Positions 16,419-23,562 of a stretch of 36,571 nt of DNA are shown here, one piece after another (position 1 is the stretch's first letter; each line of letters begins with the position of its first letter). The position numbers were made by a program, and so were the translations under genes. Under the pieces are notes generated by a model. The model was not told the DNA's origin and did not search any database. It was given only the letters and a program-made list of their open reading frames with translations. Source of the DNA: a virus (lineage: Duplodnaviria; Caudoviricetes); the IMG/VR virus record IMGVR_UViG_3300017978_000126, positions 1-36,571 of that record. One strand, 5' to 3'.

Positions 16419-16422
16419 GTTG

Positions 16423-16836
16423 TTAAAAAAGTGAATTTATCATCGCATCCAATTGCACAGATAGCGGCGCTTGTTCTACCTTTGGCTTTCTGTACTTATT
16501 CAGCATTTCCCTTACATGGTCAGGCATTGGGGCTGCTTTCTTGGAATCTTGCTCGATCTTGACCAGCGCAGGGTCTTTGTAAACACTCACATTGACCGTG
16601 ATGTCAGGCACTTCAGCGCCATCCCACCGCATTTGGTTGATGTAAACCAAGGGAGCTGGAATAAAAGCGCCGCTTTCCTTCTTCCAATCGTTAGTTGTTT
16701 TCATCCAGGTCACATGAGCAATGATCTGCTCGGCCTGAGTTTCTAGCTTTAGTTTGTCCCATTTTGCTTTGCAAAGAGATTTAGCGCCTTTGCGTTGTGA
16801 CTTAGGCCAAGCGTCCCAGAATTGTTCAAATGTCAT
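16423..16836 (-). CDS. Phage replication-initiator-like protein, C-terminal domain only
   Basis: FEQFWDAWPK..KGAK...W and WKKESGAFIPAPLVYINQMRWD motifs typical of the C-terminal half of phage initiators. Confidence 0.7.
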   Translation of the reverse strand: MTFEQFWDAWPKSQRKGAKSLCKAKWDKLKLETQAEQIIAHVTWMKTTNDWKKESGAFIPAPLVYINQMRWDGAEVPDITVNVSVYKDPALVKIEQDSKKAAPMPDHVREMLNKYRKPKVEQAPLSVQLDAMINSLF

Positions 16837-17063
16837 TTTGTGCCTTTCGGTGCTTTACCAAAGTATTGTTTGGTTCCGTCTGGATTATCACGCTTGGTGA
16901 TCGTCCAGCCATGAGTACGGACCAGACGGGCCATCTTACTGTGAGGACTGGTTGTCGGAAGGTAACGCGCTATCTCCGCTGCTGTCGTGCCTTCCTTCTT
17001 GGCTAACAATACCTTGATGCGCTCCGTCTGGCTGACAGGCTTCTTTTTGAACAGTGACATCAT
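16833..17063 (-). CDS. Small HTH DNA-binding protein
   Basis: SQTERIKVLL..EGTTAAEIA...SKMARL..HGWTI pattern; AGGAG RBS. Confidence 0.7.
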   Translation of the reverse strand: MMSLFKKKPVSQTERIKVLLAKKEGTTAAEIARYLPTTSPHSKMARLVRTHGWTITKRDNPDGTKQYFGKAPKGTK

Positions 17064-17154
17064 CTGACTTCTCCTTGCCAAAAATGGCGTTCCAACGGTT
17101 TGAAAAATCCTCTGCGGTTACAGAGAACGGGCGACTTGCTGAACCTTTGCTCAT
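16936..17154 (-). CDS. Hypothetical protein (KGSxSRPFSVxxEDFxNRWxAIF type)
   Basis: Plausible N-terminal 28 aa; the remainder overlaps the HTH gene by 128 nt. Confidence 0.55.
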   Translation of the reverse strand: MSKGSASRPFSVTAEDFSNRWNAIFGKEKSDDVTVQKEACQPDGAHQGIVSQEGRHDSSGDSALPSDNQSSQ

Positions 17155-17342
17155 TTAGGTGATCTCTTGAAGGTTTGCTTTTTAGGCGTAGCGTGACCAA
17201 CGTGGAAGAATCCACAATGACCACAGCGATATGCTTGCATAGGGCTATCCCTACGGCGACCTACGATAACCAGTGCAAGCTCCTTTGTTGGCAGTTTGTC
17301 TTTACCCTGGCACTGCGAAACGGAATCTGTTTTGTAAGTCAT
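17151..17342 (-). CDS. Small zinc-binding protein (C..K...AYRCGHCGFFH)
   Basis: Common phage Y-x-CxxC-G-x-x-H motif; ATGA-coupled. Confidence 0.72.
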   Translation of the reverse strand: MTYKTDSVSQCQGKDKLPTKELALVIVGRRRDSPMQAYRCGHCGFFHVGHATPKKQTFKRSPK

Positions 17343-17728
17343 GCTCGGCTGTAGGCGATAACCTGGATTGGAATGTTGTAGTTGAGTGGCTTACCTTTGT
17401 TCTGTGAAGCAGCAAGCTCAGACTTGTTGAACAGACCCTTTGCGATAGACAAATCAAACGCATTGCCACGGCTTTTAGGTGTACCGTCTTCCCACACTGA
17501 TCTTGGCATTTCACTTGGAACTGTTCTGCCTGTCAGCTTGTAGAAAACATGGTTCTTACCCTCTTTGTCCATCTTTACTTTGTCTTCAGAAATCACGCCA
17601 TCACGCAAAAGCTCATCGCGGATGATTGATGAAGATACTGTCCATCGGCCCATCTTGGCAATCTGTCGGTGTGACTTGCCTTTGGCGATGTAGTTCAAGT
17701 ATCTTTGTTTGTCGTCAAATTTGCTCAA
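17339..17728 (-). CDS. Basic winged-helix-like protein (probable TTG start)
   Basis: AGGAG 8 nt upstream of TTG 17728; SHRQIAK...DELLRDGVI..FYKLT pattern. Confidence 0.6.
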   Translation of the reverse strand: MSKFDDKQRYLNYIAKGKSHRQIAKMGRWTVSSSIIRDELLRDGVISEDKVKMDKEGKNHVFYKLTGRTVPSEMPRSVWEDGTPKSRGNAFDLSIAKGLFNKSELAASQNKGKPLNYNIPIQVIAYSRA

Positions 17729-17891
17729 TGTAGATTCTCCTGTTGTAAAGATGCTCAAGTGTGACAATCAGAAGGGCTTTAGTGGCCGCATCAAGATCGC
17801 CTGGGTGATCGGTGTAACGTGTAACCAGTGAAAGCGCATAGTCTAGCAATGCTTCACTGGCCTCGTACTCGTCTTTGTCATGTGTGTTCAT
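17715..17891 (-). CDS. 58-aa protein (MNTHDKDEYEASEALLDYAL...), first leftward gene, probably leaderless; not in the ORF track
   Basis: Translated by hand. -10 TAATCT ends 7 nt before the ATG and no RBS is present. Confidence 0.68.
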   Translation of the reverse strand: MNTHDKDEYEASEALLDYALSLVTRYTDHPGDLDAATKALLIVTLEHLYNRRIYIEQI

Positions 17892-17898
17892 AGCGCAA

Positions 17899-17970
17899 AG
17901 ATTACATGGAAAAAAGCATCTGTCTATTAGGGTTTGTACGGATGTTTTTTTTGTTTTAGGGTCATAAGAT
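17899..17970. promoter_or_regulatory. Divergent early control region (promoter B) with central operator ATTAGGGTTTGTACGGAT
   Basis: Operator centre 17934.5 is 30.5 bp from both the rightward -10 (TAAGAT, 17965) and the leftward -10 (TAATCT, 17904). Confidence 0.75.
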
Positions 17971-17996
17971 AGAGGCTCAACAACTTAGGAGTGTCC

Positions 17997-18164
17997 ATGA
18001 AAATCACCATGACCCGTGCAGAAGTCGAGAAAATCTTGCTCGATTACGCAAACCGAATGATTGAGGGCTACGGCTTTAATCACGTTGAGGGCAGCAGCTA
18101 TCGCGGTCTGCCAGAAAGCATTGAGCTGACAAAGGAAGAAAATGAAAACACAAGCACTGAGTAA
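17997..18164 (+). CDS. 55-aa protein (MKITMTRAEVEKILLDYAN...), not in the ORF track
   Basis: TAGGAG RBS; first rightward gene. Confidence 0.75.
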   Translation: MKITMTRAEVEKILLDYANRMIEGYGFNHVEGSSYRGLPESIELTKEENENTSTE

Positions 18165-18297
18165 GGTTCGCAGCCTGTTCTGCGTTGATGGTGTGCCAAC
18201 ACACATCCAGCGTCACAATTGCCGCCAATGGGTCAAGTCGATCAGGCATCTTGGCGACAAGTGGCTGCTTGCTCAACCAATCAAGAGGCAGCAATGA
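18142..18297 (+). CDS. 51-aa protein (...RHNCRQWVKSIRHLGDKWLLA...), not in the ORF track
   Basis: AAGGA RBS; ATGA-coupled to the next gene. Confidence 0.72.
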   Translation: MKTQALSKVRSLFCVDGVPTHIQRHNCRQWVKSIRHLGDKWLLAQPIKRQQ

Positions 18298-18437
18298 CCG
18301 ACTTTGAAGGCGTACAATTCTGCGCTTACTGCTGTGAAGAGCGAGGAGACAAACGCTCTTGCTGTCAGGAAAATCACTGGGTTGAGTATGAAGACCTGGA
18401 TGAAGAAACTAAAAACTCACTGAAGGAATCAAAATGA
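18294..18437 (+). CDS. 47-aa Cys-rich protein (CAYCC..SCCQENH)
   Basis: GAGG RBS; ATGA coupling at both ends. Confidence 0.7.
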   Translation: MTDFEGVQFCAYCCEERGDKRSCCQENHWVEYEDLDEETKNSLKESK

Positions 18438-19042
18438 ATGTCTATCAAAAACTGAATGCTGCTCGGGCTAAGTTCCACAGCATTGAACTCAAGAAGTCAG
18501 GCCACAACAAGTTTGCTGGTTACAAGTACTTTGAACTTGGCGACTTCATCATCCCCGCCTTGGGAATCTTTAAAGAGTTTGGACTGACAGGCATCATCAG
18601 CTTTGGCAAAGAAACTGCTGATCTGCGGATTGTCAACAACGAAAAGCCAGAAGAGGTAATCGTTATTGAGTCGCCCATGTCTAGCGCAGCTTTGAAGGGC
18701 TGTCATGAGGTGCAAAACCTTGGCGCAGTGCAGACATATTTACGCAGGTACTTGTGGGTTGCAGCCCTCGAAATCGTTGAACACGATGCCCTTGACTCGT
18801 CAAAGCCTGTTGAGAAAGTAATCATCACCCCATCGCAAGGTATTGCAGACAGCATTCCTCCAGAGGAAATGCAGTACCTACAAGAATTAGCAGTCGAGTT
18901 GATTGCTAACGTAGCTGAAGGCAATCCGAAACAAGCACTTACAAGGCTTGATGCGGAGGCGCTAGAGGCAGATCAAAAGGTCGCTTTGTGGTCACTGCTG
19001 GACAGCAAGACCCGTTCGGCCATCAAAAAAGCAAAGGAATGA
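18434..19042 (+). CDS. erf: ERF-family single-strand annealing protein
   Basis: KKSGHNKFAGYKYFELGDF and QNLGAVQTYLRRY motifs. Confidence 0.88.
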   Translation: MNVYQKLNAARAKFHSIELKKSGHNKFAGYKYFELGDFIIPALGIFKEFGLTGIISFGKETADLRIVNNEKPEEVIVIESPMSSAALKGCHEVQNLGAVQTYLRRYLWVAALEIVEHDALDSSKPVEKVIITPSQGIADSIPPEEMQYLQELAVELIANVAEGNPKQALTRLDAEALEADQKVALWSLLDSKTRSAIKKAKE

Positions 19043-19043
19043 A

Positions 19044-19301
19044 ATGCAATACGACAACAGCAATCGCGGCGCTCTTTTCAAAAATGACGAAAAGACGCAG
19101 GATAACTTTCCAGATTACAAAGGTTCTTTGAACGTCAATGGCGTTGACCTCTGGATTTCTGGATGGCTTAAAACAAGCGAGAAGACAGGTAAGAAGTTTA
19201 TGAGCCTGTCTGTCAAGCCTAAAGACGCAGCGCCCGTTAAACAGGCTTCTAAGCCTAAATCAAGCGGGTTTGATGACATGAATGATGACGTACCTTTTTG
19301 A
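19044..19301 (+). CDS. Small ssDNA-binding protein (DUF736-like)
   Basis: GALFKN..PDYKG..W..GW..K.MSLSV pattern with acidic DDVPF tail; follows ERF. Confidence 0.8.
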   Translation: MQYDNSNRGALFKNDEKTQDNFPDYKGSLNVNGVDLWISGWLKTSEKTGKKFMSLSVKPKDAAPVKQASKPKSSGFDDMNDDVPF

Positions 19302-19310
19302 GGAACCAAC

Positions 19311-19460
19311 ATGAAAAAAGCAATCATCGGCGTTTACCTGGCAACACTTGCCACAATGACTTGGGCCAGTTGCACAACCAACACTTACTACATCAATGGC
19401 AAGATGACAACTTGCACTGTTTGCTGTACTCAGTTCGGTTGCACAACTAGCTGCTTCTGA
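19311..19460 (+). CDS. 49-aa secreted six-cysteine peptide, not in the ORF track
   Basis: GAGGA RBS; MKKAIIGVYLATLATMTWA signal-like segment followed by SCTTNTYYINGKMTTCTVCCTQFGCTTSCF. Confidence 0.78.
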   Translation: MKKAIIGVYLATLATMTWASCTTNTYYINGKMTTCTVCCTQFGCTTSCF

Positions 19461-19463
19461 TTT

Positions 19464-19546
19464 TTGGCCGAAAGCGGATGCTGGGCAACGCGCCGTAAGA
19501 GAGTGGGCGAAAGCCCTGTAGCACTCAGACGCAGCGAGTAGGCCAA
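19464..19546 (+). ncRNA. Candidate structured RNA with loop-E-like motif
   Basis: Closing stem TTGGCC/GGCCAA, opposed GAA and AGTA, GAGTG/CACTC helix and GGGC-GAAA-GCCC tetraloop. Confidence 0.6.
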
Positions 19547-19570
19547 CTTATAACCCCCCTTGGAGAAAAC

Positions 19571-19732
19571 ATGACTTTCACACTTGACCCCAACGAAGCA
19601 GCTTTCATCGTCCGTGTTCTTGGACAACTTGCCACCGAAACAGGTGCATACCCCCTCCATCAAAAACTTGTTCAGCAGTTCAAAGAACAAGAGGCAGAGC
19701 AGGAAGTGATGCAGGTTGGAGGCACTGACTGA
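19571..19732 (+). CDS. 53-aa protein (MTFTLDPNEAAFIVRVLGQL...), not in the ORF track
   Basis: GGAG RBS; TGATG-coupled to the MazG-like gene. Confidence 0.72.
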   Translation: MTFTLDPNEAAFIVRVLGQLATETGAYPLHQKLVQQFKEQEAEQEVMQVGGTD

Positions 19733-20052
19733 TGAAAGAAACCCAATCGTTTGGCATGACAGAGTTTCAGGTCATGCAGTGGGCTGAAGCCAGAGGCATC
19801 TACGAAAATGGAACAGCACTAGGCCAAGCCAGCAAGACCGTTGAAGAAGCCTGTGAGTTGTTGGTAGCAATTGCCAAGAATGACAAGGCTGAGATTGCTG
19901 ATGCCATAGGGGACTGTATGGTGGCACTTACCAATGTAGCTGTTCTTACAGACCTCGATCTAAGGCAATGCTATTACAAGGCATTTAAAGTGATTGAGCA
20001 TCGAAAAGGTCGAATGAATGCTAATGGAGTTTTTGTAAAAGACTCTGTATAA
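19732..20052 (+). CDS. MazG-like nucleotide pyrophosphohydrolase
   Basis: QWAEARGI...Q..KTVEEACEL...EIADAIGD motif and IEHRKG C-terminus. Confidence 0.85.
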   Translation: MKETQSFGMTEFQVMQWAEARGIYENGTALGQASKTVEEACELLVAIAKNDKAEIADAIGDCMVALTNVAVLTDLDLRQCYYKAFKVIEHRKGRMNANGVFVKDSV

Positions 20053-20179
20053 TTTCCACATCACTGGGGAGTGATGTTCTAGTAAGCCCATCAAGGCAGT
20101 CTGCACCGTACTAGCGGTGTCTCCCCACGGTTAAAACCCGAGACTGTCTTTGTGGGCTTTTTTGTTGCTGGGGAGCAAT
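20048..20179 (+). ncRNA. Promoter (TATAAT) plus structured leader RNA/attenuator upstream of HNH (element 2)
   Basis: Hairpins ACATCACT-GGGG-AGTGATGT and GTTGCT-GGGG-AGCAAT flank a long terminator-like stem that encloses CTCCCCA. Confidence 0.65.
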
Positions 20180-20812
20180 ATGGATAGCAGAGTTAAAAAC
20201 ATTGTTGGATGTCGTTTCGGTTTTTGGACTGTCAAAAGTTATTTTGATAGGCATAAAACACACACAAGATGGCTGTGCGTATGTGATTGCGGATCAGAAA
20301 AAATTGTTATTGGCGACTCTTTGAAAAAAGGCTTGTCAAAATCTTGTGGCTGCAAACAATATGAACTAGCCTCATCAAAAAACACAAAACACGGCATGGC
20401 TAGCACGCCTACATACAAATCTTGGCACGCAATGATTCAAAGAACACAAGGCAAAGGAGGCCATGAATCTTATGTTCTGAGAAATATCTCAGTGTGCAAG
20501 GAGTGGTTTGTTTTTGAAAACTTTGTTGCAGATATGGGACTTAGGCCAAAAGGCAAAACCCTTGATCGAATAAACAATTCCCAAGGCTATTCAAAAGAAA
20601 ATTGCAGGTGGGCAACATCATTGCAACAAAGTAACAACAGACACAACACTATATTTGTTGTTGTCAATGACGAAAAATTGTCTTTGTCCGAGGCTTGCAA
20701 AAAATACAACATTGGAATCAGTTGCGCAAGACATAGACTAAACAGGGGTATGTCTCATCAAGAGACATTTACACAACCAAACATGAATATGAGGAGTCGT
20801 GATGCTTTGTAA
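20180..20812 (+). CDS. HNH-type homing endonuclease
   Basis: WLCVCDCG, KSCGC, ISVCKEW..FENFVADMG.RP..TLDRINN..GYSKENCRWAT..QQSNN motifs; visibly AT-richer than its flanks. Confidence 0.88.
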   Translation: MDSRVKNIVGCRFGFWTVKSYFDRHKTHTRWLCVCDCGSEKIVIGDSLKKGLSKSCGCKQYELASSKNTKHGMASTPTYKSWHAMIQRTQGKGGHESYVLRNISVCKEWFVFENFVADMGLRPKGKTLDRINNSQGYSKENCRWATSLQQSNNRHNTIFVVVNDEKLSLSEACKKYNIGISCARHRLNRGMSHQETFTQPNMNMRSRDAL

Positions 20813-21107
20813 CGCTTGCCAACCATTTGGCTCTTGTGGAGGCACTAACTTGTGCCCAGAGTTTAAACAGTCAGAGTTCAAACCATCTGCTCTTGATGTG
20901 CAAATTTCGGGCAATCACTACAAAGACAAAGGCATCCAGCCCATTGTCTACATCCATGCAAACAATCTAGGTTTTTGTGAAGGCAACGTCATTAAGTACG
21001 TTACTAGGCACAAGGAAAAAAACGGATCGGCTGACATCAAGAAAGCAATCCATTACCTAGAACTGCTTTTGGAACTGGAGTACAAAGATGGTAACACTGC
21101 CGTTTGA
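20799..21107 (+). CDS. DUF3310 (SaV-like) protein
   Basis: GNHYK..IQPI...GFCEGNVIKYVTR..KNG..DIKKAIHYL motif. Confidence 0.88.
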   Translation: MMLCNACQPFGSCGGTNLCPEFKQSEFKPSALDVQISGNHYKDKGIQPIVYIHANNLGFCEGNVIKYVTRHKEKNGSADIKKAIHYLELLLELEYKDGNTAV

Positions 21108-21288
21108 TTACAGCAGGTGTGAGCCAGAGCTACCAGACTCACACTGCAAGAACTGCCGCCGATGGTTTCATCACCCTGAACAGGTGAATAATCCTCACGG
21201 TCAGTCTGTTGTCAGTGTGGAGTCCAGCAGCTCAGAGGCTTGCGTGTATACGCCAATCAGCCTTCTAGAACGTCCAAAACGTGCTTGA
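21088..21288 (+). CDS. Small Cys-rich hypothetical protein
   Basis: GGAG RBS; DYSRC..CKNCRR..C pattern; converges on the endolysin gene. Confidence 0.65.
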   Translation: MVTLPFDYSRCEPELPDSHCKNCRRWFHHPEQVNNPHGQSVVSVESSSSEACVYTPISLLERPKRA

Positions 21289-21856
21289 TGTGCTTCAGGC
21301 GGTCTTCTAAGCCGATTGTGCCGCCATTGATCTTCTTGGTCATGGCGACATAATCTTTTGCATCGGCCTCTTTGTTCAGGCCACGCTTATTCCAGAACCA
21401 TGCAGCACTCAAAGCAGCATACTTTGGAGACAACAAAAGGTCAGGCGAATGAATGAAATCTTCACGCAAGGCATCACCACACAAGGTGTAATTGTCCTTG
21501 CCAGTCAACTGGATCAGGCCTCTGCCCTTGTACAGGCTACCTTCCTCAGTCTCTTCAGTGCCATTCCCCATTCGACCACCGTATACCTTGTTTGCGATCT
21601 TGTCGGGATTGCGGTGATACGGTTGTGCTGCCTCAAGATTAGGGAAGCGGCTAGGCCAGACACGGCACAGGGCTTCCGCTGAGTAGTTAAGGTTCTCTTG
21701 CAGGGTCTTGAAGTTTCCAGACTCATGGGCGCATTGACCAATGAAAGCAGCTATACGCAGTGGCGTGTTGATCTCGTACCGCTGCATAGCCTCGTTCAAA
21801 GGCTCAAGCCAGTCATCATCAATCTTCAGCTCTTTAAGTTGTTCAACAGTAATCAC
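21257..21856 (-). CDS. Endolysin, glycoside hydrolase family 19
   Basis: AAFIGQCAHES..ENLNYS, YKGRGLIQLTGKDNY, SAAWFW and TKKINGG motifs. Confidence 0.93.
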   Translation of the reverse strand: MITVEQLKELKIDDDWLEPLNEAMQRYEINTPLRIAAFIGQCAHESGNFKTLQENLNYSAEALCRVWPSRFPNLEAAQPYHRNPDKIANKVYGGRMGNGTEETEEGSLYKGRGLIQLTGKDNYTLCGDALREDFIHSPDLLLSPKYAALSAAWFWNKRGLNKEADAKDYVAMTKKINGGTIGLEDRLKHIKHVLDVLEG

Positions 21857-22272
21857 TGCTTTCCTTTCAGAATGTCTTTTTGCTGGCTGGAGTTAGAACT
21901 TCCAAGCCAGAAGTTATAAACCGATGCTGTTTCACGGGCAAGAACACCCAAGAGCATCATCATGATATCTGAACCTGTCAATGTCAAAACACCGAAAGCA
22001 GAACCAAGCAACAAGCTAAAAAAACCAACTACAGTGATGATTGACAAGAAAGCTGGCATCTTAGACTTGTTAGTCTTTTGCATATCTCTTGCATCTGCTG
22101 TATTTGCGTTGGCGATCTCAAACAGCTTGGTGTCGTTAGCCATCTTTGCCAACTCACCGTTCTGCTGCATCTGAGCCAACTCAGCCTGGGCTTTAGCCTT
22201 AGCTTCTGGATCGGGGATCAGCTTATCAATCAGCTTACCGCCGACATCAAGTAGGGCTGTCAGTGGGAGCAT
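21853..22272 (-). CDS. Holin-like membrane protein
   Basis: GGKLIDKLIPDPEAKAKAQ N-terminus, two C-terminal TM segments and NFWLGSS motif; adjacent to the endolysin. Confidence 0.75.
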   Translation of the reverse strand: MLPLTALLDVGGKLIDKLIPDPEAKAKAQAELAQMQQNGELAKMANDTKLFEIANANTADARDMQKTNKSKMPAFLSIITVVGFFSLLLGSAFGVLTLTGSDIMMMLLGVLARETASVYNFWLGSSNSSQQKDILKGKQ

Positions 22273-22561
22273 CTTGCACCTCTTTCGGTTCTTGTTTAAC
22301 AACAGCACTCACAGCACGTTTGCCCATGATGCCGCCAATGCCACCAACAATTAGCAAAACGATGTCGTTCAGCATCTTGGTGTACGCCTGATCTATCGGA
22401 GCCATAGCCTTGATCGGCTGCTCAACAAAGGTCACTGAGTAAAGCAAAGCGCCAACAATGAATGACAAGATCAGAGTGACAGCAACAACCACAAAGGCCC
22501 ATATGCGTACCTCGATAGCGTCTGCTGATAGGCGTTCACTCGGCTGGTTTGACTTGTTCAA
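22247..22561 (-). CDS. Two-TM membrane protein (probable TTG start)
   Basis: GGAG upstream of TTG 22561; two hydrophobic segments. Confidence 0.65.
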   Translation of the reverse strand: MNKSNQPSERLSADAIEVRIWAFVVVAVTLILSFIVGALLYSVTFVEQPIKAMAPIDQAYTKMLNDIVLLIVGGIGGIMGKRAVSAVVKQEPKEVQDAPTDSPT

Positions 22562-22730
22562 TTTGTTTCTCCAAGACAGGCGCAATGATGTATTCAGGAC
22601 AAACCTGCGAAAACTGGCATAAAGGCTTTTGACACTGTTCTTTATGAAAGTTCTGCGGGTTTTGGCATTGGTATCTATAAGTAGGTTCACAGCCAGCCAG
22701 TAAAAACAGGATTAGAAAAAGTCGCTTCAT
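22536..22730 (-). CDS. Small lipoprotein with four further cysteines
   Basis: MKR + hydrophobic core + LAGC lipobox. Confidence 0.8.
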   Translation of the reverse strand: MKRLFLILFLLAGCEPTYRYQCQNPQNFHKEQCQKPLCQFSQVCPEYIIAPVLEKQIEQVKPAE

Positions 22731-23209
22731 GGCTTCATCCCATACATCACTAGGTAAACACCAAAGCCAACCAGTGCAAAAATGACAATGATGCCGCCAA
22801 CAACAATCAAGATTTCAACAAGCTCCTCCTGATCTTTCTTGGCTCGTAAAGCACGGTCACGGGCAAGCTGTGCGTCAATCTTGTCTTGCTTATCCATCTC
22901 AGCCACTCGGACCATGATGGAGTTCCACACATCCATGTTGTTGGGAAAGAACAGACCTTTGACTTGCTCTTCAAAGTCTCGTTGTGCCTTCAGGTCAAGT
23001 TCGATTTGAACAGCTTGGCCCATGTTAGAACCACCCTTTTTCTTGGCATCCTTCAGGGCTTTGGTAACTTCGTGCTTTTGCTCAAAGTACTTACCGAGCA
23101 ATGGACCAAGGCTGCGAACATCATCCGCTGTTTTAGAGGCTTGCTTTATCAGAGAAACCGTTTTCTGGACAGCGGCCATTGCTGTCAGGGCCATTGTGAT
23201 CGGTTCCAT
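22727..23209 (-). CDS. Helical protein with C-terminal membrane anchor
   Basis: ORF track; hydrophobic C-terminal segment; coupled at both ends. Confidence 0.75.
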   Translation of the reverse strand: MEPITMALTAMAAVQKTVSLIKQASKTADDVRSLGPLLGKYFEQKHEVTKALKDAKKKGGSNMGQAVQIELDLKAQRDFEEQVKGLFFPNNMDVWNSIMVRVAEMDKQDKIDAQLARDRALRAKKDQEELVEILIVVGGIIVIFALVGFGVYLVMYGMKP

Positions 23210-23310
23210 CAGAATACTCCACGCAAAACCTCAATAAATACCTTGGCACACCAAACGATGAGGCCAACAAGAAGGGCCGCAGCGGTGAAACTAACGGCCC
23301 AATCTTTCAT
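23209..23310 (-). CDS. 33-aa membrane peptide (MKDWAVSFTAAALLVGLIVWCAKVFIEVLRGVF), not in the ORF track
   Basis: ATGA and TGATG coupling; one TM segment. Confidence 0.65.
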   Translation of the reverse strand: MKDWAVSFTAAALLVGLIVWCAKVFIEVLRGVF

Positions 23311-23531
23311 GGCTTGTCTGCCTTACCGTCTAGCTTGTCAAAGATTTGCTTGAGGATCGCTTTGACCTCTGCAATATCAGACCGATAGTCATCCTTGGCA
23401 ACATAAACATGAGGTAAGTCATTAACCTTGTCTTCTAGCTTCTGAATCGTGCGGGTCAAGTTGTTGATGACATAGACCGCCAAGCCCCCTGCAACTGATA
23501 CGACTAAGTTGAAAAGCTGTTGATTGTCCAT
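23307..23531 (-). CDS. N-terminal TM plus coiled-coil protein of the lysis region
   Basis: TM followed by LPHVYVAKDDY...IFDKLDGKADK. Confidence 0.75.
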   Translation of the reverse strand: MDNQQLFNLVVSVAGGLAVYVINNLTRTIQKLEDKVNDLPHVYVAKDDYRSDIAEVKAILKQIFDKLDGKADKP

Positions 23532-23562
23532 GTCAAAACTCGGCTAGAAAAGGTGGTTTATT

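Noticed and set aside
19464-19546. tRNA or hammerhead ribozyme
   Set aside because: No T-loop GTTC or cloverleaf, and no CUGAUGA core.
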